A program made the translations under genes and the position numbers. From Algoriphagus sp. (GTDB lineage: Bacteria; Bacteroidota; Bacteroidia; Cytophagales; Cyclobacteriaceae), in NCBI GenBank assembly GCA_044373795.1, contig JBILPR010000001.1:2783-66782 (forward strand): a DNA stretch of 64,000 bases, in the 5' to 3' direction. How positions within the stretch are numbered: position 1 is the stretch's first letter; the number at the start of each line of letters is the position of its first letter. Under the pieces are notes generated by a model. The model did no database searches and was not told where the DNA came from. It saw nothing but the letters and a program-made list of their open reading frames with translations. This document shows positions 29,981-39,271 of the stretch, one piece after another.

Positions 29981-31078
29981 ATGCGTAAAGCTTTGCTGAC
30001 ACTGTCTTTTCTGGGCATTTCTGTTTTTTCGGTCGCTCAGCAAAGAATGGAGCCGGGTTTCGATTCCAATGAATATCTAAAGATTCTGGGGATTTTTGCT
30101 TTTAGCGAAAGTGATACTGCTTTTTCAAAGGGCATTCCAATGCCGGAAAGGGTAAAAAACATCTACCAATCCCCCATCGTCGGCCTGGAAAACAAGTGGT
30201 ATCTCTGGGTGGATGAAGCAAACAAAACCAGTTACCTGAATATCAGGGGCACAGCTCCCAATCCTACTTCCTGGCTGGCAAATTTCTACTCAGCCATGAT
30301 TCCGGCGTCAGGTGAAATGCAAATCAGGTCAGATTATACCTTTCATTATGAGTTTTCAAAAGATCCAAAGGCAGCCGTTCATATTGGCTGGACACTTGGT
30401 ACCGGAGCATTAGCGGAAACGTTGGTTCCAAAAGTGGATTCCTTGGTGAAAGCAGGATACATGGATTTTGTGCTCACCGGCCATAGTCAGGGAGGTGCGA
30501 TTACGTATCTGATGAATGCTCATTTGCAAAATCTGAATCAATCCGGGAAATGGGGTTCTGGAGTACGATTCAAAACCTATTCATCCGCAGCTCCAAAACC
30601 TGGCAATCTTTTTTTCGCCTACCATTATGAAAACATCACGGCTGGTGGCTGGGCATTCAATGTCGTAAATGCCGCAGATTGGGTACCTCAGGTTCCTTTT
30701 TCGATTCAGACTGTGAATGATTTCAGTACTACAAATCCGTTTTCAGATGCAAGCGGATTTATCAAAAAACAGAAGTTTCCGAAAAATCTTGTCTTCAAAA
30801 GAGTTTACAACAAACTCAATAAACCTTCTCAGAAGTCAAAAGACAACTTTCAAAAGTACCTCGGAGATTTTATGGGCAAACAAGTGACCGGAACGCTTCC
30901 TGATTACCAATCGCCTGAATTCTTCAACAGCAATCATTATTCAAGAGCTGGCAATTTTATCATTCTTCAGCCTGATGAAGAGTATAACACTCGCTTCCCG
31001 GATCTGAAGGAAAAAACATTTCAGCATCACATGCTCCAGCCTTATCTCTTCCTTCTCAAAAAACAGTACCCGAATTAA
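29981..31078 (+). CDS. class 3 lipase-like protein (secreted)
   Basis: IRGT, VHIGW, TGHSQGG, VNAADWVP, QHH. Confidence 0.85.
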   Translation: MRKALLTLSFLGISVFSVAQQRMEPGFDSNEYLKILGIFAFSESDTAFSKGIPMPERVKNIYQSPIVGLENKWYLWVDEANKTSYLNIRGTAPNPTSWLANFYSAMIPASGEMQIRSDYTFHYEFSKDPKAAVHIGWTLGTGALAETLVPKVDSLVKAGYMDFVLTGHSQGGAITYLMNAHLQNLNQSGKWGSGVRFKTYSSAAPKPGNLFFAYHYENITAGGWAFNVVNAADWVPQVPFSIQTVNDFSTTNPFSDASGFIKKQKFPKNLVFKRVYNKLNKPSQKSKDNFQKYLGDFMGKQVTGTLPDYQSPEFFNSNHYSRAGNFIILQPDEEYNTRFPDLKEKTFQHHMLQPYLFLLKKQYPN

Positions 31079-31671
31079 GCGGTTGGATAGCCTTTGGTGA
31101 TTCGCTGAATGTATTTTCCTATGACGTCAAACTCCAGATTCACCAAGTCGCCGATTTTCAACTGGTGAAAGTTGGTGTGCTCGTATGTATAGGGTATGAT
31201 TGCTACAGAGAATCTTTCCGGACCGGAATTGAAGCAGGTTAAGCTGGTTCCGTTAATAGTAATCGATCCTTTCTCCACAGTCACATTTCCGGAATCTGAA
31301 TCGAATTCAAAGTCAAAAACCCAGGAACCGTTCTGGTCAGAAATCTTTTTCACTTTTCCTGTTTGATCCACATGTCCCTGCACAATATGTCCGTCAAATC
31401 GACCATTTGCAGGCATACAACGCTCCAGGTTTACTTTCTTTCCCGCATTCCATTCGGCAAGATTTGTTTTGGAGATGGTCTCCTGAATCGCAGTCACCCG
31501 ATAGCTTTTATCATCAGTTTTTACGACTGTGAGACAAACTCCGTCATGGGCTAGAGACTGGTCGATTTTCAATTCAGAGGCTAATTCTGATTCGATGTCA
31601 AAGTGAACATTACTGCCTTCTTTGGTGATTTTTTGGATGGTGCCAAACGCCTCAATTATTCCTGTAAACAT
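31075..31671 (-). CDS. ribE: riboflavin synthase alpha chain
   Basis: MFTGIIE N-terminus, GVCLTV, VNLER, GHIVQGHVD, KGSITINGTSLT. Confidence 0.96.
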   Translation of the reverse strand: MFTGIIEAFGTIQKITKEGSNVHFDIESELASELKIDQSLAHDGVCLTVVKTDDKSYRVTAIQETISKTNLAEWNAGKKVNLERCMPANGRFDGHIVQGHVDQTGKVKKISDQNGSWVFDFEFDSDSGNVTVEKGSITINGTSLTCFNSGPERFSVAIIPYTYEHTNFHQLKIGDLVNLEFDVIGKYIQRITKGYPTA

Positions 31672-31780
31672 GGGTCAGTTTTAACTTTCGAAGTATCAAT
31701 GGATAAGCATTAATTGCTCAATTCGGTTTCAAATTAAGCCAAATATTCTTTTATCTTCGATCCCCTATCCATAATTACTC

Positions 31781-32443
31781 ATGCCCCTTCTCAAACTCGA
31801 AGACACCTACCTGCACAAAGGAAAACGCAAAGCATTGGTAGCATTACTTCGGGAAAAAGGAATCAAAAGTGAGCGTGTTTTGGATGCAATCAACAAACTT
31901 CCAAGGCATTTTTTCTTTGACTCAGCGCTGGTTTCCCATGCCTACGAGGACAAAGCTTTTCCGATCGGAGAAGGTCAGACAATTTCACAACCCTACACCG
32001 TGGCTTTCCAGACAGAATTGCTGGATATCAAGCCGGGTGAAAAGGTACTGGAGATCGGGACGGGCTCAGGATATCAGGGAAGTATTTTGCATTTGATGGG
32101 GGCTGAAGTTTACACGATTGAATATCAAAAAAAGCTCTATGAGGGAACCAAGAGGTTTTTGGTCCGGTTGGGAATTGAATTGAAACTCTTTTTTGGGGAT
32201 GGAACAGGAGGCTTGCCGGAATATGCACCCTTTGACAAAATCATCGTCACTGCAGGAGCACCGGTAGTTCCGGAGTCATTGATACAGCAATTAAAAATCG
32301 GAGGGATTTTGGTGATTCCCGTAGGTACCCGCGGAAAACAAACCATGCTCAAAATCACCAAAAAATCTGCTAAAGAAGTGGATCGTGAAGAATTCGAAGG
32401 TTTTGCTTTTGTTCCCCTTCTGGGAAAAGATGGCTGGAACTAG
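31781..32443 (+). CDS. pcm: protein-L-isoaspartate O-methyltransferase
   Basis: AYEDKAFPIGEGQTISQPY, VLEIGTGSGYQ, APFDKIIVTAG, FVPL. Confidence 0.96.
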   Translation: MPLLKLEDTYLHKGKRKALVALLREKGIKSERVLDAINKLPRHFFFDSALVSHAYEDKAFPIGEGQTISQPYTVAFQTELLDIKPGEKVLEIGTGSGYQGSILHLMGAEVYTIEYQKKLYEGTKRFLVRLGIELKLFFGDGTGGLPEYAPFDKIIVTAGAPVVPESLIQQLKIGGILVIPVGTRGKQTMLKITKKSAKEVDREEFEGFAFVPLLGKDGWN

Positions 32444-32585
32444 CTGATTTTAACCGCTGAATTTGAGTTGAATTTTTTTCAGGCCTAAACTCGAAAATTG
32501 AAACAATTCCAAATTTTATTCCGTTATCTAATCTCAAAATTATAAGTACCAAATTATATTTCTATTTTTGGTCAAAATTAACCCT

Positions 32586-33113
32586 ATGAGTACGAAGAAA
32601 TTTGCCAAAGACTCAGTGACCATCATGACGGAGATGGTACTTCCAAACGACACAAACACGCTCAACAACCTCATGGGCGGAAAACTCATGCATTGGATGG
32701 ACGTGGTGGCCGCAATTGCTGCTCAAAAACATTCAAACAGAATAGTGGTGACAGCTTCAGCCGACAGTATTTCTTTCAAACAGCCCATCAATCTCGGTAA
32801 TGTGGTTACTCTCCGATCCCAGGTGACGAGAGCTTTCAACACCTCCATGGAGGTATTCATCGAAGTAACTGCAGAAGATATTCCTGCCAATATAAAAATC
32901 ATGACTCACCGCGCGTTTTTCACTTTTGTAGCGGTTGATCATAACAGCAAACCCGTCAGAATTCCTGATTTGGAACCTGAAACCCCTGAAGAAATTGAGC
33001 TTTTCGAAGGAGCATTGAGAAGACGACAGCTGAGACTTGTGCTGGCAAAAAGGATGAAGCCGGAAGATGCGGTGGAATTGCGGTCAATTTTCAACCTGGA
33101 TATCACCAAGTAA
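32586..33113 (+). CDS. acyl-CoA thioesterase (YciA-like)
   Basis: VLPNDTNTLNNLMGGKLMHWMD, VVTAS, FTFVAVD; ATG 32586. Confidence 0.92.
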   Translation: MSTKKFAKDSVTIMTEMVLPNDTNTLNNLMGGKLMHWMDVVAAIAAQKHSNRIVVTASADSISFKQPINLGNVVTLRSQVTRAFNTSMEVFIEVTAEDIPANIKIMTHRAFFTFVAVDHNSKPVRIPDLEPETPEEIELFEGALRRRQLRLVLAKRMKPEDAVELRSIFNLDITK

Positions 33114-33191
33114 GGCGAAAAATACAAAGGGGACACGAGATAATGTTCCCTATTTTTTTGTGGTCAGGGGATTTTTCATCAATTTCCCGAT

Positions 33192-33752
33192 ATGGAAAAC
33201 ATCAGTATCCATCACCTCCAGCATTTCATCACAGAAGACCTGTATCTTCTGAAAGAAGACATGGGATCACCGAAGGAAGTGAAAGACCCCGTTCTGAAAT
33301 ACACGCCTAAAGCTGCTGTTTTGGCTGAAATTCCGGAGGAAAAAGCAATCGTTGCAGAAATCAAAGCTGAACCAATTCAGGTTCGTGGAAACTTCGAAAA
33401 GGGTGTTTTGATCCTTCATGAAGAAGATTCTCTGAAGCCGGAAATAATGGACATGCTGGTCAAAATGATCAATGCAGTCGGCCATTCGATGAATGAGGTT
33501 GGCTTACTCAATTCGGCTTCGCTAGAAGGAAGAACAATGGAAGATTTCAAAAATCTGAATGCCCATAAAGTTTTGAAATTTGGCAGAATCAAACATCCGG
33601 TCAATTCCGTCCTCACTTCCATGTACGAGGTTTATTCTGAGGACGAAACCGAGTACCTATCCGCAGATGCGCTTTCTTTAATCGCAGAAGACAAAAACCT
33701 TAAAAAGAAACTTTGGACAGCGCTTCAGGTTCTTTTCAATATTTCCAAATAA
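33192..33752 (+). CDS. conserved hypothetical protein (resembles Bacteroidota 'Pol III psi-like' annotations)
   Basis: FITEDLYLL, GNFEKGVLIL, DKNLKKKLWTALQ; family recall only. Confidence 0.55.
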   Translation: MENISIHHLQHFITEDLYLLKEDMGSPKEVKDPVLKYTPKAAVLAEIPEEKAIVAEIKAEPIQVRGNFEKGVLILHEEDSLKPEIMDMLVKMINAVGHSMNEVGLLNSASLEGRTMEDFKNLNAHKVLKFGRIKHPVNSVLTSMYEVYSEDETEYLSADALSLIAEDKNLKKKLWTALQVLFNISK

Positions 33753-33753
33753 C

Positions 33754-34071
33754 ATGACATTAACAGCAGACCAAGCCCTCTGGGCAAAACGATTTCGGTG
33801 GATTAGTTTGATTGAAGGGATTTCATTTTTAGTGTTGCTGGGTATAGCAATGCCATTGAAATACATGCTGGATATGCCGCTGGCGGTTACTTATGTGGGC
33901 TGGGCTCATGGCGTTTTATTCATCATTTACATTTACATGGTTTTCCCGACTGCACATAAATTGAAATGGAATTTTAGCAGGACGTTTTTTGCGTTAATAG
34001 CTTCCATTCTCCCTTTTGGACCTTTCATATTCGATCGAAATCTGAGGAGAGACCAGCACGTACATTTATAA
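33754..34071 (+). CDS. DUF3817 membrane protein
   Basis: EGISFLVLLGIAMPLKY, GWAHG, SILPFGPF. Confidence 0.88.
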   Translation: MTLTADQALWAKRFRWISLIEGISFLVLLGIAMPLKYMLDMPLAVTYVGWAHGVLFIIYIYMVFPTAHKLKWNFSRTFFALIASILPFGPFIFDRNLRRDQHVHL

Positions 34072-34074
34072 AGC

Positions 34075-35145
34075 ATGGCTTTGATCAGCAAAAAGAAAAT
34101 CATCTATCCCATCAGCGCGGGATTGCGTCGATTTCTGATTAAGTACTCCCGGGAAGTAAATATCCCGATTCACTACCACGAACTCCTTCGCTACACCAGT
34201 TCAGTTGCGCTTTTCGATTCCAAAGATCAGGACACACTATGGGAAACTGTATTTTACGATCAATCTGATCGGGAAGAAATCCATCATAACGTCAAGAAAA
34301 TCTATGCCCTGCTGAAAGCCGGTGGAGACATGAGCGTGATGGACCACTTATATGTGGATCGTATCGATCTCTGCATCTATGGAAATACTCAGCCATTTCG
34401 AATCCGGATCGTGAATCGGATCAACGATAACTTCGACTATTTCTACATCAAAAATGCCGATGCTTCCCGAGTTTATGGGCTGGAACTTGAGCATCTCCTC
34501 TCCCCTAACAGGATTAGCTATTTCGTCCATAAGACTACCCTGATCGAGGAACACATCGCAGGAATTCCCGGGGAAATGTTCATGAAAAACTACATGAATG
34601 ATCCTAATCTGAATCCTATCCGACTTGCAAAAGAGTTTGTAAAATTCAATGAACGCTGCTTTGTGCGTCTGCTTGGTGATATGCACTCGTCCAATTTTGT
34701 GATCGATGTGACCCCTGATTTTGAGGAAACCCATTATCGGATTCGGGCAATCGATTTTGACCAGCAATCCTTTGAGGGAAAGAAATCGATTTATTTACCT
34801 CAGTATTTCAAGGAAAACAATGCATTGATTCAACTCGGGATGAAGTACATCACGCCGGAATCGATGAAGCAATACCAAAGTGAAGAGCGAGCCTTAATAG
34901 CAAATCGGCTAAAATCCTCCCAAAAGGAAATCGAGGATATCCTGAATACTATGGAGGATGACCTAATTTCAACTCCGGAAAACACCGAATCCCTTAAAAA
35001 AGAGCTTGCAAAGCATTATCAAAACGATCAATTCCTGAAATGCAAAAACATGGGACAGATCCTTCGGGTAAGTCTGGGCTTGATGTGGAATAAGGAAAGA
35101 TCGGACTTGGAGGCTAAAATTCCAGACATACCCTCCTTTCCTTGA
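34075..35145 (+). CDS. conserved hypothetical protein with atypical kinase-like (PI3K/HipA-type) motifs
   Basis: YGNTQPF, YFYIK, YGLELE, LIEEHIAG, LLGDMHSSN, AIDFD. Confidence 0.65.
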   Translation: MALISKKKIIYPISAGLRRFLIKYSREVNIPIHYHELLRYTSSVALFDSKDQDTLWETVFYDQSDREEIHHNVKKIYALLKAGGDMSVMDHLYVDRIDLCIYGNTQPFRIRIVNRINDNFDYFYIKNADASRVYGLELEHLLSPNRISYFVHKTTLIEEHIAGIPGEMFMKNYMNDPNLNPIRLAKEFVKFNERCFVRLLGDMHSSNFVIDVTPDFEETHYRIRAIDFDQQSFEGKKSIYLPQYFKENNALIQLGMKYITPESMKQYQSEERALIANRLKSSQKEIEDILNTMEDDLISTPENTESLKKELAKHYQNDQFLKCKNMGQILRVSLGLMWNKERSDLEAKIPDIPSFP

Positions 35146-35161
35146 AAGCCAAAAAATGGGC

Positions 35162-35196
35162 AAAAAAAAGAGGAATCAACGTTCCTCTTTTTTTTT
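35162..35196. terminator. bidirectional intrinsic terminator
   Basis: A8-gaggaa-tcaacg-ttcctc-T9. Confidence 0.85.
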
Positions 35197-35217
35197 AAAG
35201 CAAAAATCAAAAACTAC

Positions 35218-35331
35218 TTAACTATTCTTTTTACCGTCTTTCTTTGCAGCTTTTGCAGCTCTTTTTTCCTTCAAAGTCTTGGTAGCCTTTGATTTGTCAT
35301 CTTTCATTTTTCCTTCAGGTTGCTTTGCCAT
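35218..35331 (-). CDS. small Lys-rich basic protein, 37 aa (not in ORF track)
   Basis: Hand-translated MAKQPEGKMKDDKSKATKTLKEKRAAKAAKKDGKKNS; own promoter-like TAACTTTC (35376-35383) and downstream terminator. Confidence 0.7.
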   Translation of the reverse strand: MAKQPEGKMKDDKSKATKTLKEKRAAKAAKKDGKKNS

Positions 35332-35537
35332 GGTCGTGTTTTTTAAGAATGGTTTTGACTTTTTTCTACTCTAACGAAAGTTAATGAATTGGGTGACTAG
35401 ATTTTTCAAAATTTTTGAGTTGAAATCCTGATTTTTAAAAAAAATAGCATGATTATCACCAATCTTGCTGAGAGCCTAATAAATTCTATTTCACCTTACT
35501 GTAAGAAAGTTTGCGGGTAATAAATTGCTGACAACGC

Positions 35538-36023
35538 TTGAAACACCTGAGAACCTATTCTCCAAAATCAACGTCCTTAGAGTTCGATTTTAAACCCACT
35601 TCCTTGCTAAAAGAAATCTCTGATCCGGTCAATTTCCCTGGAATCAAACTATTTGAAACGAATCTGATCCTGAAAGGAAGCGCAATCTGTCTGCCCGGAA
35701 TCGGTATTTTCATTCATTTTGGGATAAAAGGAAAAGCTCAAAATCGGGTTTTGCAGCATGAATACGGACATTACCTCGATTATAAAACGAGCAAGGATCT
35801 GAGATGCAGGCGAACTTTGAAATCCCCGATTCTGGGGTTTTACCTGGGAATCGGTCTTCCAAGTATCTTAAACACTATCCCACTTTTCAACAAAATCCCG
35901 GGACTATGCGGAAGCCACCGGGATTATTGGACGGAGATTCGAGCGAATCGATTGGCAGCCGAATGGTTCGGAGACCGATTATCCGCTGATTTCAGCAAAT
36001 TTCATCCATCTGAAAAAGCATAA
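35538..36023 (+). CDS. hypothetical HExxH (zincin-like) protein
   Basis: LQHEYGHYLDY, YLGIGLPS, YWTEIRANRLA; TTG start uncertain. Confidence 0.6.
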   Translation: MKHLRTYSPKSTSLEFDFKPTSLLKEISDPVNFPGIKLFETNLILKGSAICLPGIGIFIHFGIKGKAQNRVLQHEYGHYLDYKTSKDLRCRRTLKSPILGFYLGIGLPSILNTIPLFNKIPGLCGSHRDYWTEIRANRLAAEWFGDRLSADFSKFHPSEKA

Positions 36024-36045
36024 GTTTGGAATCACGGTCTGAAAC

Positions 36046-36426
36046 CTACTTGAGGACGTGAATTGCAAGGATTTTCTGCACCTCATAGACATTCACCGAC
36101 TTGCTGAATTGTTTTCTGATGCTTGGCTCCTGCTCACTCGAAACCCAAATTTTCAACTCCGCATCCAAATCAAAAGTCCCTGAACTCTCGACACTGAATC
36201 GGGAAATGCTTTTGTAGGAAATCGATTTGTATTCCGTTTTGCTCGCAGTTATACCTTGCTTATCGATCAGGATCAAGCGCTTTGTGGTAAAAATAAACGT
36301 GTCACGGATTAACTTAAACCCGACTTCGATTTCCTCTCCATCAATGAGCAGCTTGCCATAATCCCTCTGCAAATCTTCTTTTTTCACCTCTCCGGCATTG
36401 CCGATTAATCCGCTGAATAGTCCCAT
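36046..36426 (-). CDS. bacterial PH domain protein (YvbH/bPH_1-like)
   Basis: LIRDTFIFTTKRLILIDKQG, FSVESSGTFDLDAELKIW. Confidence 0.9.
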   Translation of the reverse strand: MGLFSGLIGNAGEVKKEDLQRDYGKLLIDGEEIEVGFKLIRDTFIFTTKRLILIDKQGITASKTEYKSISYKSISRFSVESSGTFDLDAELKIWVSSEQEPSIRKQFSKSVNVYEVQKILAIHVLK

Positions 36427-36762
36427 ATAGTTTTCGTTTCTTTTTAAATATTCCCTTTCGGAATTTAGCTTATGCGTTCAACATTATCGAAAAAATAGCA
36501 TCAAAAATCAGATTATTTGAAATCTTTGATAAAATTCTATTTTCATTATAGCGGAGAGTTTTACTCAATCGAACTTTTTACCTGATTAGCATAGTTCGCC
36601 AAAATTTAACCCTATAGTTTTCAATCCCATCGAATCAACTTATCTCAGCCAACTGTAGAGTAGATTCAAATGCTGTTTTGCCATTCACTTTTAAGATAAT
36701 TCCAATGCAGGAGGTTTTTCTTTCTTTCTCATAAGGTATATTCAGGCCCGCAAACTGAAAAT

Positions 36763-38253
36763 ATGATGCTGAAGAATTTCTTTTCGATTGGGTTTTTAAG
36801 TCTGATTTTATCTTGCCAGTCTAACCCTGAAGTTGTATTCATTCCTTCCGAATCTGAGCAATTCAGACCTGATTATCACTTCACTCCTCCTGGAGGATGG
36901 ATGAATGACCCGAATGGATTGGTCTATCTGGATGGAGAATATCACCTTTTTTATCAGCATTATCCGGACTCCACGGTTTGGGGGCCCATGCATTGGGGAC
37001 ATGCAGTATCCAAAGATCTTGTAAACTGGGAGCATCTGCCGATTGCAATTGAACCCGATAGCTTGGGTTATATTTTCTCAGGTAGCGCAGTTTACGATGC
37101 GGAAAATACCAGCGGTTTGGGCACGACTGAAAATCCTCCCTTAGTTGCGATTTACACGTATCATGACGCTGTAGGAGAAAAGTCAGGAAAAACAGATTTT
37201 CAAACGCAAGGAATTGCTTCATCAATTGACAAAGGGCGAACCTGGGTGAAATATGAAGGAAACCCAGTTTTGCCAAATCAAGGAATCCGGGATTTCAGAG
37301 ACCCGAAAGTATCTCAGCTTACTCAGGCAGATGGAAGTAAAACCTGGATAATGACTTTAGCAGCCCAGGACAGAATTCAATTTTTCAATTCTCCGGATCT
37401 GAAAAGCTGGACAATGCTGAGCGAGTTTGGTCAGGGAATCGGAGCTCACGGCGGCGTCTGGGAGTGTCCCGATTTGCTTACTTTCAAGACACCTTCAGGT
37501 GAAGATAAATTTGTCCTGTTGGTAAGTATCAATCCAGGCGGACCTCAAAAAGGCTCTGCAACTCAGTATTTTATTGGGGATTTCGAGAATGGAACTTTCA
37601 CCCCGGACGACACCATGATTCGCTGGATTGACTACGGTCCGGATAATTATGCAGGTGTGACCTGGTCCAATCTGCCTAAAGAACAAAATCGCACCCTTTT
37701 TATCGGATGGATGAGCAACTGGCTTTACAGTCAAGTGGTGCCAACCGAAACCTGGAGATCTGCGTTGACGATTCCACGTGAATTGAGTCTTTTCGAAGTG
37801 AATGGTACCTTATTGCTTAAATCAGCACCAGCCCCTGAACTTGAAAAAATCAGAGGAGAGGCGATCAAAATAAATAAGGGAACTTCGAATCTCCCCTCCC
37901 AGGCTGTTGAAATCGTGGGAAACTTGGATGGTTCCGATTCTTTTTCCGTATTGTTTTCCAATGAAGACGGAGAGAAACTTCTTATCATGAAGGATCAGGG
38001 ATTAGTTTCCATCGATCGGACTATTGCAGGAAAAAGTGATTTTCAGGAAGATTTCGCGACGGTTCATTCCGCGCCTATGAGTTGGGAGGGCAAAGAAATC
38101 AGAATATTTCTTGACGCCCATTCGGTCGAACTTTTCGTTAATGATGGGGAGTTAGTCATGACCTCCATTGTTTTCCCCAACCGTTCATGGAAAACTGTGG
38201 AAGTTTCTGAAGGTATTTCTGACCCAAAAATCTACCCTCTGAAAATTAAATAG
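36763..38253 (+). CDS. GH32 beta-fructofuranosidase/levanase (lipoprotein)
   Basis: WMNDPNG, WGPMHWGHA, FSGSA, FRDP, WECPD; lipobox ILSC. Confidence 0.95.
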   Translation: MMLKNFFSIGFLSLILSCQSNPEVVFIPSESEQFRPDYHFTPPGGWMNDPNGLVYLDGEYHLFYQHYPDSTVWGPMHWGHAVSKDLVNWEHLPIAIEPDSLGYIFSGSAVYDAENTSGLGTTENPPLVAIYTYHDAVGEKSGKTDFQTQGIASSIDKGRTWVKYEGNPVLPNQGIRDFRDPKVSQLTQADGSKTWIMTLAAQDRIQFFNSPDLKSWTMLSEFGQGIGAHGGVWECPDLLTFKTPSGEDKFVLLVSINPGGPQKGSATQYFIGDFENGTFTPDDTMIRWIDYGPDNYAGVTWSNLPKEQNRTLFIGWMSNWLYSQVVPTETWRSALTIPRELSLFEVNGTLLLKSAPAPELEKIRGEAIKINKGTSNLPSQAVEIVGNLDGSDSFSVLFSNEDGEKLLIMKDQGLVSIDRTIAGKSDFQEDFATVHSAPMSWEGKEIRIFLDAHSVELFVNDGELVMTSIVFPNRSWKTVEVSEGISDPKIYPLKIK

Positions 38254-38310
38254 CACCAAGTTTGATTACTGGAATTATTAGGTTCTAACTTGCCAACCTT
38301 ACCTACTTAG

Positions 38311-38655
38311 ATGAAAAACCGGTTGCCATTTGTAATGCTTTCTTTGAGTTGGCTGACGGGCTTTATTGCTGCTTTTTTCCTTTCGGCGGTTGATGTTAAG
38401 ACTTCCGATAAATCAGAAAGAACCTCCATTTTACAGGAAATCTCAAGTCCGGATTTTCATTCCATCACACTTAATGAAAAAGTCGAAATTCCTTTGCTGG
38501 AAATCGACTGGAGGCTTTCCTGGAATTTGAATTCTGAATGGATTCCTTCCTTTATTACTCCATATACTTTTTACTTTGCTCCATCATTTTTTCAAAAATC
38601 GCGACCTCTATTCGATGTAAAGGCCCTTTTTATGCATTTTTTTCACACATGGTAG
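38311..38655 (+). CDS. hypothetical protein, N-terminal TM/signal
   Basis: ORF with hydrophobic N-terminus, co-directional with neighbours. Confidence 0.55.
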   Translation: MKNRLPFVMLSLSWLTGFIAAFFLSAVDVKTSDKSERTSILQEISSPDFHSITLNEKVEIPLLEIDWRLSWNLNSEWIPSFITPYTFYFAPSFFQKSRPLFDVKALFMHFFHTW

Positions 38656-38725
38656 GTTGAATTGACCCGCGCTCTCTTTAGAGATTCCTTAAAATCAATT
38701 CATCAAATCAAAACCTAACCACATC

Positions 38726-39220
38726 ATGTTCGACATCGATGCTTCGACACTATTTGTGTCAATATTCTTCATTATTGCTATTAGTTCACCTTTTGTTTAT
38801 TACACCTTTAAAAACAAAAACCATCAAAAAATCCTGATGGAGAAATTTCAAAACTTTTCAAAAACGATAGGAGTAAATCCAACTCAATTTGAGAATTGGA
38901 GAAATCTATATTTCTTGGGATATGACCCCAATGCAAAAATTGTTGTTTATTTCCGAGACGGTTCAAATCCGGAAACTTCCTTTATTAACCTTGAAGAGGT
39001 CAATAAAATCAATATTTACGAAAAATCCAGAGTCATAGAATCCGGAGTAGAAAAACGAAATGTATTAGATTATATTGGCATTCAATTTAATTTTAAGGAT
39101 CATTACAAATCAGATAAACTAATTGAAATCTTTGATTCGGAATTATTCACCGGTCAAGATGGAGAAATGGTGATGGCAAAGAAGTGGGTTCAACTATTAA
39201 ACAGTCAATTAAATAATTAA
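38726..39220 (+). CDS. hypothetical membrane-anchored protein
   Basis: N-terminal TM then beta-rich domain ending KKWVQLLN (PH-like pattern, inference). Confidence 0.7.
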   Translation: MFDIDASTLFVSIFFIIAISSPFVYYTFKNKNHQKILMEKFQNFSKTIGVNPTQFENWRNLYFLGYDPNAKIVVYFRDGSNPETSFINLEEVNKINIYEKSRVIESGVEKRNVLDYIGIQFNFKDHYKSDKLIEIFDSELFTGQDGEMVMAKKWVQLLNSQLNN

Positions 39221-39271
39221 TTCTTTTGGGTGGCCTCAGGGCTACCCAATTTAACTAACACGCATTATCTA

